This document shows positions 1 to 13,570 of a stretch of DNA of 64,000 nucleotides, piece by piece (position 1 is the first letter of the stretch; every line of letters begins with the position of its first letter). The notes under the pieces were generated by a model. That model ran no database searches. It was given only the letters and a program-made list of their open reading frames with translations, and was not told where the DNA came from. The stretch spans positions 69,318,001-69,382,000 of the forward strand of contig OZ076409.1 of assembly GCA_964187785.1 (NCBI GenBank). The letters run 5' to 3'. The translations under genes and the position numbers were made by a program. Origin of the DNA: Amphiscolops sp. MND2022 (taxonomy: Eukaryota).

Positions 1-799
1 GGCTATTTGTGAAGAGACATCTGTAGATTCACGTTAGAAAAGTTCCTTAAATTGATCCCAAAGTTGTCGGAAATATTTCCTGTTTTTGACTTTTTTGGTG
101 GAAGTATGTGCAAACATATATCAACCTGGGAACGCTCAAGTTTCTTAAACTTGCAAAGGACCACTCAGTTTCAAGCTTATACCATTTTCTCAGTGCCAAA
201 AATAATCCGAATAAATACTCATGATACTCGGAAGCCACTTTTTCCCAACAGGATTTTCAGAACGCCTTATTTTGATTTTTTTTCGGTAAAATCCTATGAA
301 GGCGGAACAAGTTTCATCTCACAAACTACCTTTTTTAATGCCGAAATCAGCTATGAAATCAAGGGGGTACGCTTCCACCAAATGAAAATTTCGGGAAGAG
401 GTTGATTTTCAACAGTCAATAAGAAACCTCATCAGTTCCACATGATTAAAAGTAACAAAGAGGTCACCCGTAAGACTCGGGAAACATATTTCCTTCACAG
501 AAAACCTCAAAAACTAAAAATTGCAAAAAATATTATTTTTCGAAAATTGTTTTCGAAAAAAATGAAAAATTTCACTCGCTAAGTCGCATAGTACCGAAAA
601 TACGAAAACTGGCCAACTATCGCAGAAATACTAAAATAAACGTGTTTCCTTTAAAACTGAGCAAAGATGAATCGAAGCTTTCTTTTCTTCGAACTTCTTA
701 GCGTTTTTATAGTGCATTAGTTATTCTTGAGCCTCAAATTTATGTAGTTGTAGAACAGTTCGGGGCGGAAAATATCTCGCTGCTCAGCGGGCGTCTTGT

Positions 800-976
800 T
801 TTAGATCTTATTCCCTTTAGATCTTATTCCCATCCTGAAATTTTAGATCTTATTCCCTTTGGATCTTAATCCCATTTTTACTTTAGATCTTATTCGCATC
901 AGATTTTATACTCGTCCTGAAATTTTAGATCTTGTTCCCTTTGGATCTTATTCCCTTTTTTGACTTTAGATCTTAT
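800..976. repeat. Degenerate tandem array of (T)TTAGATCTTATTCCC-type units
   Basis: About 8 imperfect copies of ttagatcttattccc read directly between 800 and 976. Confidence 0.85.
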
Positions 977-1635
977 AGTTAAGTAACTAAATAGTCAAGT
1001 GACTATAGTTTCTTGACTCACCACCGTAGTGATGGAGCGTGGAGATTTGGCAGAATTTGGAAAAAAAACGCAACACAGATGATGATTTTCCTCCCCATTG
1101 AAAATGTGGGTCGGAAAATAACAATATATAGGCGTTCAACGGCAGTGCCTTTGAATGGCTGCAGCGACATGTAGTGTTGAGCGCTGGAGCATCTTGATTG
1201 AGATAACCAACGGACAAAGCCTACCTTAAGAAGCGCAAAACGAAGTCCTTTCAAAAAACTAGGCAAAATCATGGCACAGAAAAATTTTTGCTGCAGTTTT
1301 GTTGTTTCATAGCTTGAAGTTATAGCTCCATTGCTTCAAGTTTGGAGAACAAGAAACCAGAATAGAATCAAACTACGGAAGAGCGAGACTAAAAAACCAC
1401 TTGACCTTTCAGCTACAAATAATGTGTTCTTTCTTAAACCTGCCTGCAAAACTGATATCTTGTAACCGCAGTATCTTTTTCCTCAAAAAAAATGGCAGCA
1501 CTCATTAAAGTTTGAACTATGAAACTTTTTTTAGAAAAAAAACAAGACGCCTGAGCTTAGCCAATAAACTACGAACAATCAGAAAAAGTCAAAAAATTGA
1601 AGCTTTTGAAAATTTAAATTAAGTTTATACCCGAA

Positions 1636-2295
1636 GTAGCGTTCGAAAATATTGCAACTCAATCACTCAAAATGACGAAATTCAAAACCAACTATTTTGC
1701 AAACCGTCACAAATACTGTCAACAACATAAGTTTCTCAGAATTTTTCAAAGTTTACAAAAATTTTTGTTTGAAATTTTTACGACCCATATTGAAAAAGTT
1801 GAAAGTTACAATTTTCATGAATTTTAATTGGAATTTGATTTTTTTCGATATTTGTGACGCTTAAATTCATTTTTTTGAAAAATGTTATTGGGACATTCCT
1901 CAGAATCTCCCGATCCAACTTAATTGTCCTAATTGAGAATTTTCATTGAAGCAGAAAAAAGCATTATATTTTGTGCTCATTAACACTGCAATACATGTAT
2001 ATAGATAGGAAATGAGAAAGGTATTTAGAAAATTGATGATTTTTATTTGAGTTCTAAAAGCATTTTCAATCGAATCATATCAGCAGCCTCAAGAGATTGA
2101 AGAACAAATGATTGACTGGAAATTTTCAAAAAATTTTCCAGCTGTGTGAAAATCGTGAAAATTTGTAAATTCGTAAAAAAATTCAAACAAAGATTTTTGA
2201 GAACTACAAACAGTTCTAAGAAACTTTCCTCACGGGTTTCAAAATATTTGGATTTGAATTTTGCAACACGTTAAGTAATGAAGTTGAAACGCTAC
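1636..2295. mobile_element. Degenerate foldback/MITE-like element with ~130-150-bp imperfect inverted arms
   Basis: 1636-1783 (gtagcgtt...aaaatttttgtttgaaatttttacga) is an imperfect reverse complement of 2171-2295 (tcgtaaaaaaattcaaacaaagattttt...aacgctac). True termini and TSD not resolved. Confidence 0.55.
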
Positions 2296-2915
2296 TAAAT
2301 TTTCGAAAAAACCTATCGTGTGTGTCTTTACACGACGCTCGCTATGCACCTTCAATTGAAAGCGGAAATCGAAAATTTACCTCCTCCTTGGTAAAACGCA
2401 ATTTACTTCGGACATAACGTCAAAATTCGGATAAAGCGCAATTTTTTGAACATCCGCTTCCTTTGTAGAAAAACACAATAAACTTTGGATATAACGTCAA
2501 AAGTTCGGATATAGCGTGCTGGGACAAATGGGGACGCTTGTTTTTGAACCTCTGCCTCCTCCTCAGTAAAACACAATATTTAATTTGAAATGGAGTAAAA
2601 AGTGGCGTTTTGGCGAATTTGTAAAAAACGCCTCACCGATTTTCATTTTCCTCCCCTACACAAGACATTATGGGGGGAATTAACAAGAAAATGTTAAGTA
2701 GCTAAATGTTTAGTTGATGAGTTCAGAGGTTCCTCATACTCAGGAAAATATTGACATCACTAGTAATTTTCCAACCGTGCCAATCGTTTCAGAGTTTTTT
2801 CTGGCAATTTGCACTAAACATGCTGAAGCAACACCCAAGCCCAATTGTTGACAACTGTTGACAATTGTTGATAACAGCGCAAACGACCAGATTTTTTGTA
2901 TGGCATGTGAAGCTG

Positions 2916-3273
2916 GATTATTTACAATTCAAACAGTTTAAAATTCAGAATCGACTCTTACATATCCACTGGAAAACACGAAAAGGAAGCTGCAACTCGA
3001 GTGCGAGAAATGACACTTACAATGACGCCAAAGCGAAACGAATTTGAGAACGAGCTGACAACTGCTTTGGTAATGGAAAATATTCCAATCGCGATCGCGA
3101 TTGGAATATTTTCCATTACCAAAGCAGTTGTCAGCTCGTTCTCAAATTCGTTTCGCTTTGGCGTCATTGTAAGTGTCATTTCTCGCACTCGAGTTGCAGC
3201 TTCCTTTTCGTGTTTTCCAGTGGATATGTAAGAGTCGATTCTGAATTTTAAACTGTTTGAATTGTAAATAATC
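2916..3273. repeat. Perfect spacerless 358-bp palindrome
   Basis: Centre ccaatcgcga|tcgcgattgg at 3094/3095; arms pair out to 2916/3273. The mirrored ORFs on both strands in the ORF track confirm the symmetry. Confidence 0.97.
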
Positions 3274-4349
3274 GAATGTTGAAGGTGAATTTTTGAAGCC
3301 ATCTATTGAAAACAATACGTGCAAATTACTTTCTAGCCAATCAACCTTACGTAAAATATACATGCTTAAAATATATCCCTGCTAGTATCTACAAGGACAT
3401 CGCACCAAATGGTGTAACTAAGAAAACAAGTATAAAACAAGAAAACAGAACAAAGTCCAAAGCCCCAAATCGACAGCATGGAGGCTGAATGAGGTTTTCT
3501 ACGTTTCAAAAAATTGCTGTTTTTAGAGACTATCTACCCAAAGTAAGCTACCGTTTGGTACAGCGAAAATTGGTTTGAGGTTTTGATTTTAAAATAATTG
3601 CCTCAAAATGAAACGCGACACAGCTAACAATTTTGACGAAAGAAAAAGGCCTTTCTCACAATGGACATTGCAGCAATAAAACATTTCTCAAAATATGGAA
3701 AATCTCGGCTAGCAATAAAAAACTCGAAAAAACTAGAATGCAAACAAATTCAAACAGTCAAGACAAATTTTTGTGTTGTTCCTAATTTTCTGCATGAAAT
3801 CTGAACCATATCGTCCCCCTTTAAAAACACTTTTTGGTGACCATTGTGTGTTAGTCATCTTCAATTCGGTTAAATGTTCGAAATTGAACTTTCATGTATA
3901 GAAATTGTCATGCACAAGGTTCTCCAATTTTCAAACTTGCTCCTCGAATTGATTGACTCTCTTAATTTCCGAAGAAGTCCGAAGAATTAGCAGTTTTGTA
4001 AAATTGTAACTTTGTAGAAAATATTTTATTTTGGGCCATTATCTAAAAAAGAGTCAAGAGTTATGCTTCATATTTCATCCAGAAAGATTTTTGCATAATG
4101 ATTTGGAAAACTTCTCAGTGCCATTACACATCTTTTTGTGTTTCCGAATGTATCTTTTTGTGTAACTGAATCTTGCTACACGTAATACCTTTAGACGTCA
4201 CTCTTGCCCCTAAAGCATCAAAGCCAAACAACGATAGGGAAATTATCAGAACCGCTTCTAATGTATCAGTAAACTCTGCAGTTTCAGATCGTTTCCGGAT
4301 TTTCCGCTGGTTATCCAGTGAATTCAGTTATTCGAATGTTTTTTTTTGG

Positions 4350-4505
4350 TGATTTTAGATCTTATTCCAGTGGTTTTATCAGTAGTTTCAGATCTTATTC
4401 TAGTGGTTTTTTCATTTCGGTGATTTCAAACATTATACCAGTGGCTTTTCAGTGATTTTCGATCTTATTCCAGCTGTTTTCCGGTGTTTTTAGATCGTAT
4501 TCCAG
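4350..4505. repeat. Degenerate tandem array of GATCTTATTCCAGTGGTTTT-like units
   Basis: Repeated gatcttattcc/gatcttattct/gatcgtattcc units; same core and orientation as the 800-976 array. Confidence 0.75.
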
Positions 4506-6747
4506 AGTTTGTTCAGTAATGACACATTTTGTAATGGGCACTGATGTGGAAACTTTTTTTTCCCAAATGTGATCCACCCCTGGCCACGATAAAACGTGTG
4601 ATGGCTACCGTGGTAACCACCGGTAGGGCTGCGAGTGGAAGTGCGCTGGCCAATGGTGGCTTGCCCTGGTTTGTCAGTACGGGTATGCAGTAATAATTTT
4701 TGCATTCATCACATTAATGTTTATTGTTCCCAATCAAACATGAATGCCGTGTTTGATCTAATTACGTCAGTTTAACAAAAAACGAACTAAAACGCGACTT
4801 TTTAATGAGACTTGTCATCATGGTTTTTTCAGTCCGGTGAAAGTGACAATGGAAACCTTACAAAATATTTTAAATTTCTATTAAATTTCAAATTGATTGA
4901 AATCGTGTTCCAATTGATATTTTGACATACGTTTCGGATTGAAAAGAATTTTGAGTGTTCTTAACTTTCGGAGTCGTGCAACTTCATCTCCGAAAAAAAA
5001 TTCAATATCCCAAAAAGGACCCCTTTTTGTTTTTTTATTCAGCGCTTTTTCTAAGAGAAAAGTGCCCGACTATTAGAGTGGCTATTTTTTTATTTTTTTT
5101 GTCAACCCCTAGACCTCGTTCTGTATGTACTACTTTTTGTGCACTGTGAACTTTTACCAAAAGTACTAGGTACTTGTTAATTTTGTGTATAAGAAAAAGC
5201 GAATTTAAGATCCTTTTTTTGATTTTTTTTTTCAGCACAGTGCAACTTTTTTCTGTAAAGTGGGTTCTCACTTCGGTTCTTTGATGTTTCTGTTGATAAA
5301 ACAAGAAGAAAAGCTTTGATGCTTTGTATTTCTGGCGAAAAAGCAATTTAAGGCTAAAATGTCCGAAAGTCCTCTCAACTAATTTAGGAGCCCAGAGGGT
5401 CCTTGCTTTAGACTTCTTGGCACTTGGAGTTTTTTGAATTTTCGTGAGAACCATATCTGAGCACATCTAAGATACATGAAACTTTTGCGTGTCACCAAAA
5501 TAGAGCTGTTCTTGGGTTGTTTGCTTCGAAAATTCAATCCGTTAAAACAGAGGGCTCTGTAAAATCTTTTCCTTCGACTTTTTTCTTTCCTGTGAACTTC
5601 TTCTTTACAGAGCTAAATGAAACCCTGCTCACTTCGAAATTCAACAAGTGTAAAAAATGAAATTGTCTCAGAACAAATTTTTCTGTCAAACGTGCCTTTT
5701 TGATCACGAGACATCCTCAATACAACGCACAAAGATCATTGCTCTAACTCAAAATTTTGTACGTGCAATTTTCTCATTTAATCCTAATTAAATTAGTTTG
5801 AAAAATGGAATTCGCTCCCGTTCTCGTTTCACTTTAAACACAATTCAATTTTTTCTAGTTCCGAAAAGTCCAGAGTATAGTCCGTGAAACATAGTTTTGG
5901 AACTTCCTGCATCATTATGGCAAAATGCGATCATCGCAAAACTTGCTTCTGATAACATTAAAAATCTGAAACTCCGAATACTTTAAAAGCAAATCCTTAC
6001 TGAAGGTTTAGGGTACTTACCAAAAACAGCAAATAGAGATGATGTGAATGCCATGTCAAAGCATCAAAAACATCGATGCATGCAGTCAGATATGTTCAGT
6101 TTTTGATTAAGCAGCTTTCCAATTGAGTTTTATACAATATAAGTTGTTACATGCTGTGCGCAAACTCAAAATCGGTTCAAAATTTTCAGCTTCTTATCGC
6201 ACATCAAGGCATAGTAGTTGATTTATTCTAATTCCATAGCTTTCATGATAGTTCTCAATAACTTTCATAATTCTAATATTGTGCGATTTTTGAATTTGAG
6301 CCAGAAGATTGTTTCTTATTTGAGCATCTCAGTTTTTCAAGTTGTTGAAGATTGCAGTCAAGAAATGATATTATGACGCACTTTTTGGATATAACTCACG
6401 AAGTGATACGTCAGAAAAACTTATTGACGCAATTCAATAGAAAGTGTGATACAATTCAAATATATACTCTTTTAAATTGGCTATGCTTCATAATACTCAA
6501 ACTTTTCAAACCAGTTCATCCATTACTTCATATGATTTTAACATCTGGATGAAATTAGCTCTGAAAATGGTTTCAAAAACTTTCGTCATATTGCTCAAAT
6601 TGACATTTTTGACAATTTACTCATTGATAAATTACCCACAAATTAAGATTCAAAATGAAGCAATAAAATGCAAGTCTGATACAAAAAAGTTGTTCCTCAT
6701 TCGAAAATAGATCCAAAAAGTGCCAAAAACTACTAAAAACAATGTTG

Positions 6748-7567
6748 CCCGTACTGGAAACCCACCGCAACCCACCGGTGACCACCGGTGTATCACCGGT
6801 GGCCACCGGTGGAAGACGTTCATAAGTTTCGATCCGTAATTCCACCGGTGGCCACCGGTGAAACTTTTTGAAAAAATCGAATTCAAAATTATTAATTCAA
6901 ATTTCGGCGCGTCAAATTTTTACGGTCATTCTTTTTTGGGTTTCATGCATGTTTTTACTGTTATATTGTTACTTCTTGATTTCTGAGGGTTACCTTAATG
7001 GCCCGGGTAGCATTAAGGGCGCTTTTCAGCACCGCGTATCCTGCAGCCGCAAGATAGGTAGGATTTTCACCATTTTTGGGGGTATTTTGTTAATTTTTCC
7101 ACCCGAAAACTAGATTTTGTAGTCAAATTATTTTAATAATTTATTAATTTTGGTGTATCCAAATTTTGGTGTACTCAAGAGTAGATTTCAATCCCATAGT
7201 TTTCGCAAAATTTGCGCTCTTTTTAGGCTTTTTGTTGCCTTTTTAGGTGATATTTCGTTAATTTTTCCACCCGAAAACAAGATTTTATAGGAGTATTATT
7301 TTCATAATTCATTGATTTTAGTGTATCCAAATATAGTGATATGAATTGTATTCACTAATAGATTTGAATCCTATGATTTCCACAAAATTTGCGCTCTTTT
7401 AAGGTGTTTTTGGCTGATAATTCGTTAATTTTTGCTCTATAATTCTATTAAACTTCTGCCGATTTTTGCTGGACCTGCATCATCCTTGTACCATCGGTAG
7501 AACAATCGGTGACCACCGGTGGAACTACGGTGACCACCGGTGGACTGCGGTTGATATCCAACCCGGG
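6748..7567. mobile_element. Non-autonomous TIR DNA transposon (CCC...GGG, 2-bp TSD; CMC/EnSpm-like) with CCACCGGTG subterminal repeats
   Basis: Left end cccgtactggaaacccaccgca and right end tgcggttgatatccaacccggg are imperfect inverted repeats; TG flanks both ends; clusters of ccaccggtg(g) at 6772-6860 and 7508-7542; internal ~170-bp direct duplication (~7090-7430). Confidence 0.7.
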
Positions 7568-8694
7568 TGGGTTTTTGAAAAACATAAAACACTGGAAATC
7601 AAGAACGGTGACTGTACGCTCTTCGGAGGTTGTCATGGGAAAAAGTTCTTTTTTTTGAAATTTTTTTGTAACTGTCATAAAAAGTTTGGCGATAGTTTTC
7701 CTGACCAAACTAGCTAGATTCACAATTTTTTGAGTTTGCAGCTAAACAACTGAATGTTCAGTTTTGTCAAAATTGGGGTAAAAATTCTTTTGATTGAGTT
7801 CTTTCTCCACGAATCCAGGGCGGTCTATTCCAGGGGATTAGTTGCTCCATTGAGATCACGTGATTTTCTGATCTCCCAGATTTTTCTTCCTCCATCTCGA
7901 GAAGGCACAGCTGAAAAGAGAAACAAGGCAAGTTTTCTGCTTCCAAAAGAAAAGTTTCAATGAACTAGGACTGTTACAAGCATGTATTTCTAACTGATGG
8001 GGTTGTTTTCCGGTTTGGGTGGAACTACGGGTTGTAGTTGAGGCTTTCCTGAAATGAAATGCAATTGGGCATCTTTCACCGATAAATTCTAGATTTTTGA
8101 GTTATAGGAAAGGCTACATAAGGTTCGCTGAGCACCGAGATGATTTCCGCCCTTGTTTATTTTAACAACTACAAATTTTTGAGTCCCAAGTGTCACCAAT
8201 ATATTTACCTAAACTTCAAAACTTGCACGAAAAGTTCAAAATTTAGTAAAATGTTGACATTTTGGGCTCTTGTTTCCACTCAAAGGACTTTTCATTTTTT
8301 AAAATCATAATTCTGAAAAAAAATATTTTAGAGAAAATTTCACAAAGTTCAAAAGTTATATTCAAAGGCGAATTTTGTTGATCATTTCAATATAGTCTGT
8401 AATAACCGGTTACGTTATATCTGCATACCATGTTTCATCCGAAATATTTCAGGTCATATGCGTTGTTGTATCAAACACTGCAAACTCAAATTTACAAGAC
8501 GCAAAAAACAGCCCTACGTTTGAGTTTCATTCATATACGTTATTTCGAGAAAAATTTTTCTATAGTTCAATTTGAAAACATTAAACGTCATCGATCGAAA
8601 ATCGACCCCATTGTTTTACTGACTGAAATTTACAAAAAAAATTAGAAAAAAAGGCCACTACAGTGACAGCTAGAAAAACTTGTTACTGTAAGAG

Positions 8695-8902
8695 TGTGGT
8701 AGAGCACTTGTTGTACAGCTTGATAAAACAAAAGTGTGAAAATATTTAATTACACTATTTATTAACAACCTGTCAAAAATAGTAAAAGTGGCAAAAGAAA
8801 ACAATCTGCCAATACAGACAGTTACGCCATTCAATACAGTTTCTCACACTTCATCTTCTTTCGTCTATCTAGTTCTTTAGCCAATTCAGCTAGACTATAA
8901 CA
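8695..8902 (+). repeat. 5' LTR
   Basis: tgtggtagag...gactataaca, repeated at 13809-14016. Confidence 0.97.
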
Positions 8903-10317
8903 TGGCGCTGCGCGCTGATGAAGATCATTCAAACTCCCCACTACCAGGACTGAATTACATCTGGCAGGATGCTGAAAAGTCCCCTGGATACGACTGGGAG
9001 CAATGGATTCAATTGTTCGAGGTCGCAACATTGGCAAGACACTCAATCTCAGTGTCCGAAGTGCTAAGGGAGGCTGACCAACAGAATCCACGTGCGGCGG
9101 CTCTGATGGGGAATTTAGAAGAAATCCCTGCAAAAAGGAAAGTCGTAAGTTTACTCTACATCTCAATTGGTAAAAATGCAAGAAAAAGGCTGATGGACAA
9201 GTTCCCGCGAATAAACATTCTACTGATCGAACTTCGGGAACTTATGCAAAATTGCACAGAATGCTTCCAAATTCAACGTAACCGGACATTAGATCGACAC
9301 ACGTTTCTTTCGAGAAAACAGAAACCGGCGGAGACACTAAATCAATTCTGGAATGCATTAAACGGACTCGCGGCGAGATGAAATTTCGGTGACCAAACAG
9401 AAAGCCTAGTTCACGACATTTTCGTTTTAAATATGGCAACTAAACAAGTACAAGAAAAGCTTTGCACAGAACCTAAAGAAACGCCAGCTGAAGCCCTACA
9501 ATTTGCGATAGCCTTTGAGGACGGGCTAAAACGCCAAAAATCGTATGGGTATATCAATCAAGAGCCCAAAGTAAAAGAAGAACCTATTTGCGCGATTAGT
9601 AGCAACAACACAAGAGAAAGCTGGAGATGCGGTGCGGGTAATTTCACCCTAGATCACTTAAAACGATGCAAGGCACCCGAAGCAATGTGTAACTACTGCG
9701 GGCGAAAAGGCCATTTAGAACGAGTCTGCAATCAGAAGAAAAAGGACACTTACCCAAAAAATGGCAAACCCAGAAGATTTGGCAACAGAGTGCAGTTGGT
9801 GGATCAGGAGGAAAGCGACAATGAAGACGAAGATGACTACATGGTGCTAAATGTTGAAGGAAGCGAAAATGATTCGAAACCTTTCTATATGGAAGGATTC
9901 AATAATGGCAACCGCTTCAAAACCATGATAGATACGGGCTCCCCTGTAACAACTTTCGGTTTGGACGAAACAAAATCAATCATGAAGAGGAAGGAGTTGC
10001 CAGTGCGGAAGATGATAGAAGGCGAGCGATACGTGGATTTCAATGGAAAACCACTGAAATTGCTGGGATATGACTTTTGCGAACTACAGGTGAATGACAG
10101 CTACATCAAAAAGGCGAGAATTCTAATTGCCCGAAGTGGATCGAAGTCGATAATTGGCAGAGAATGGCTAAGAACACTCCGATACAAGCTACAACCGCAA
10201 AAGGGTGAGTTAGAAGTAAATTCTATAGAGAAGAAAAGTGAACTAAGCGTAGAAACTAAGCAACTAGTCACCGACTTTCCCGAACAATTCAAAAGGCAAA
10301 GTAAAGTAAACATTTAA
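8902..10317 (+). pseudogene. gag: gag + aspartic protease (in-frame stop at 9379-9381)
   Basis: Zinc knuckle CNYCGRKGHLERVC preceded by a degenerate knuckle (SWRCG...H...C); protease motif MIDTGS; ORFs 8902-9381 and 9433-10317 share a frame and are split by one TGA. Confidence 0.9.
8903..8915 (+). promoter_or_regulatory. Primer binding site, tRNA-Ser-like
   Basis: TGGCGCTGCGCGC directly after the LTR; complementary to the ...GCTCGCAGCG-CCA type 3' end of invertebrate tRNA-Ser (one mismatch here; the sister element has TGGCGCTGCGAGC). Confidence 0.75.
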
Positions 10318-10323
10318 AAAAAA

Positions 10324-13300
10324 ATGAACTTGAAGTCAGAAGCGGAAGTAAGTCAACAAAGAGGGAGACGAATTCCAATCCAACTGCAAAAAGCAGTGGA
10401 TGAAGAAATTAGCCGTTTACTAAAGGAAGGTCTTATCGAAAAAATTGACGAAATAAAGGATGACGTATTCATTCAGCCAACAGTCATCACGGTCAAAAAG
10501 GACCGTTCAGTGAAAATTGCATTAGACGCTAGAGCGCTGAACAAAGCGATCGATGAAGATAAATACCAAATGCCAAATTTGGATAATTTATTAGATGTGG
10601 TCGCAGAAAAATTGGATACTGAAGAAGGCGAAGCGTGGTTTTCATCAGTCGATATGACCTACGCATACGGCCAAGTCCCCTTGCATCAATTAACAGCAAA
10701 ACACTGCAAATTTCAAATAATCGGTGGAGAATCCACCGGAACGTATCGGTTCGTAACAGGTTTTTACGGTCTGTCGGTTATGCCAACAGAATTTCAAAAA
10801 GTAATGGATAATTTATTAGCAAAATTTAAAGAAGTGTTCTTATTCACCGATGACATTTTAATCGTAACCAAGGGAACAAAGCAAAACCACATAGAGAAAG
10901 TGCGGGAAATTCTGAAAACACTGGACGCGGCAAAATTACAGCTAAAGGCAGAAAAGTGTAATGTGGCAAAACAAGAAATTGAGTGGTTGGGGTTTATATT
11001 GACAAACCACGGAATTTTGCCGGTAAATTCAAAAGTACAAGGAACTACAGAAAAACTACGACCGACAAATTTGAAAGAATTACGGTCATTCCTTGGCGCA
11101 GTAAATCAATTTAACAAATTCATTCCCGATCTGGCGGCAATTTGCTTTCCATTTAGGTCCATATTAAAAAAAGACGCGATATGGAAATGGACGGAAGAAC
11201 ACGAAAAAGCGTTTAAGAGAGTAAACGACGAAGTGAAAAAAGTAGCCAAGTTAACACATTTCAAACGAAATAAACCGCTTGGAATTATATGTGATGCGAG
11301 CAAACAAGGCTTGGGAGCTGTTTTACAGCAATGCGAGGAAAACAAATGGAAACCAATAGCATACGCGTCTAGATTTTTAACTGAATCAGAGTGTAAATAT
11401 TCAATTATTGAGTTAGAACTATTGGCGGTAGTATGGTCAATAGAACATTTCAAAAATTACGTGTACGGAGTCGCATTCGGAATGGTGTCGGATCATAAAG
11501 CCTTGCAAAGTGTGTTAAAATCGAACAAAAGTAATAAAACATTTTCTAGTAGGTTAACTAGATGGGTGGATAGGCTTTTACCCTTCGAATTCTCAATTGT
11601 ACATACCCAGGGAAGAACGCTAGGAATGGCGGATTACCTGTCAAGGCATCCGTCAGAATACGAAGGATCGGTAGCAAAAGCAGAAGAATTATTCAACGAT
11701 TGGTTTACGGTTAACGTAGTCAGAGAGATTACGCCAGAAATGAAGCGATTGGCAGATTGGCGTAAGCCAAACAAATCGCAGGAAAGTAAGAAAGTTCAGC
11801 ATACGCAAGCAAACAAAGTTTTGTCAATCCAAGTGCCTATGCAAATAGACAGCAAAGTTGAAAGAGAGAAAGCAGTTGACAAACAACTAATTGAAATGGC
11901 AGAAGCCAAAGATTTGACAAAATCAAAAATTAGCTCGGTTTACGTAAAAGCGATTGCTGAAAACGATCGGACAATTCAAAAAGTAATCAATCTCGTCTTA
12001 AACAAAAACACAGCTGTAATTGCTCGATTACCCCCACCGTGGAGGGAAAAATTTAATTCCTTTTCTGTGGATTCGAACGGTCTTTTAAATATGGACCACC
12101 GCCTCGTTATCCCCAAAGATATGCGGGAGAATATGCTCCGGGCCATACACTTTGGCCACGCAGGACGTGACGCAATGCTGAGGGAGGCCTCAGACGTCTG
12201 GTGGCCTCGCATCCATAGAGAAATTATCGACAAGGCGAGAAATTGTAGCGAATGCCGAGAAGCAGGTAAGAATTTCAAGTGTATAAAATCTCAAAAAGAA
12301 TTCGGAAAGTTACCACAAGCAAATCAGCCGAATGAGGAAGTTTCTCTTGATTTTGCCGGCCCCTTCCAAAACGCCAATTTAAAGAAAAAATACTTACTTG
12401 TATCAGTTGACAATCACTCAGGATGGCCGGATGCGCTATTTTTACCGAATCCCACGGCGGATAAGGTTATCGAATTTTTAGTAGAGTACATATCAAAAAA
12501 CGGTATACCAAAAAGAGTCCGGACAGACCCTGGAACCGCATTCAAAAGCGAAAAATTCAAAACATTTTGTAAAGAAAAACTGATAGAACATGTCATTTGC
12601 CCGGTAAGAGACCACCGGGGGAACGGAAAAATAGAACGAATGATTAGAACAATAAACGAAAGGCTAAGAACGAACAAAAAAATATTAATCTCAAAAGACA
12701 AAAACGGCATTTCAAATATCTTGTTTGCATTAAGATCGATCAGAAAAAAGACCAGACGGTAAATCTGCATTCAAAAAACAAAATGGGAGAAAACCAAATA
12801 CGGAAAAATCACGAATGATGGAAAAATGTATTTTAGAACAAGACCCACAATTCGAAATAGAACCCGAAGACTTTAGCGAAGAGGCAGACTCAACCATCTT
12901 GGTCAGGGAGAGAGTCAGAGGGACCAAGCTAGAAGGCGCCTTCAAAAAGGTGAAGGGAAAGATTGTGGGAGAGTCAAGCCACACCATTACTGTTTTACCT
13001 AAAACAGGCCATCAAGTTATCTACTCAAAAAGAGACGTGGCAGCAGGAAGTAAGCTAGCAAGTCCAAGCAAGAAGGCAAACGCGAACAAAATGGCAAAAA
13101 GTAAAAGAGAGGCAAGCGAGACAAAAGAGGCAAAATCGAATAAAGTGGCTAAGAAGCTAAAAACAGCAATATGTCAAGAGATGGGAATTAGCCACCAAAA
13201 ACAAGTGGAAGAAAACAAATCACCACATCATGAAGAAGAAGAAAAGACAACAATCCCGCCTGTGAAGGAAGAACAGGACAACGAAGAAAGTCTGACACAC

Positions 13301-13570
13301 AAGGATCAAGAAGAACAAACCGCAAACAGCGAAGATGAAATAGAAAGTGCCGAAAAGTCAACTCTTGAATCTACGCCAATCCAAGGCACAGTGAAATGGG
13401 AGAAATCCCGAACCTCATCAAGAGTAACAAAAAAGCCCGACAGATGGGGCAACAATGTCATGATAGCAAAGATCGAACCAGACTCTGCCAATGAAGAAGA
13501 AAACCTCCCCAGCGTGATGGAAATTCCTAACCCGAAGGAAAAACTGGCTCAGAAAGCTGAAAACTTTTAA
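10324..13570 (+). pseudogene. pol: pol: RT-RNase H-integrase, frameshift near 12750, charged low-complexity C-terminus
   Basis: RT FTDD (YxDD position), RNase H ICDAS...ELELLAV, integrase HFGH...CSEC, LDFAGP, RTDPG, GKIER; tail 12815-13570 has an SSRVTKKPDRW motif. Confidence 0.93.

Noticed and set aside
2865..3363. Mirror-image ORFs on both strands
   Set aside because: By-product of the perfect palindrome; no protein motifs.
4577..4685. Another CCC...GGG element ending cagtacggg
   Set aside because: Right end resembles the 6748 TIR, but I could not find a matching left end or TSD.
6770..7545. CCACCGGTG and similar short repeat clusters as a CRISPR array
   Set aside because: No constant-length unique spacers or cas genes, eukaryotic context; explained as transposon subterminal repeats.
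11106..13491. Antisense ORFs over the Mag-like pol, and similar ones over 50506-54867
   Set aside because: Shadow frames of real coding sequence with no independent motifs or splice logic, unlike the 57.8-62.3 kb gene.
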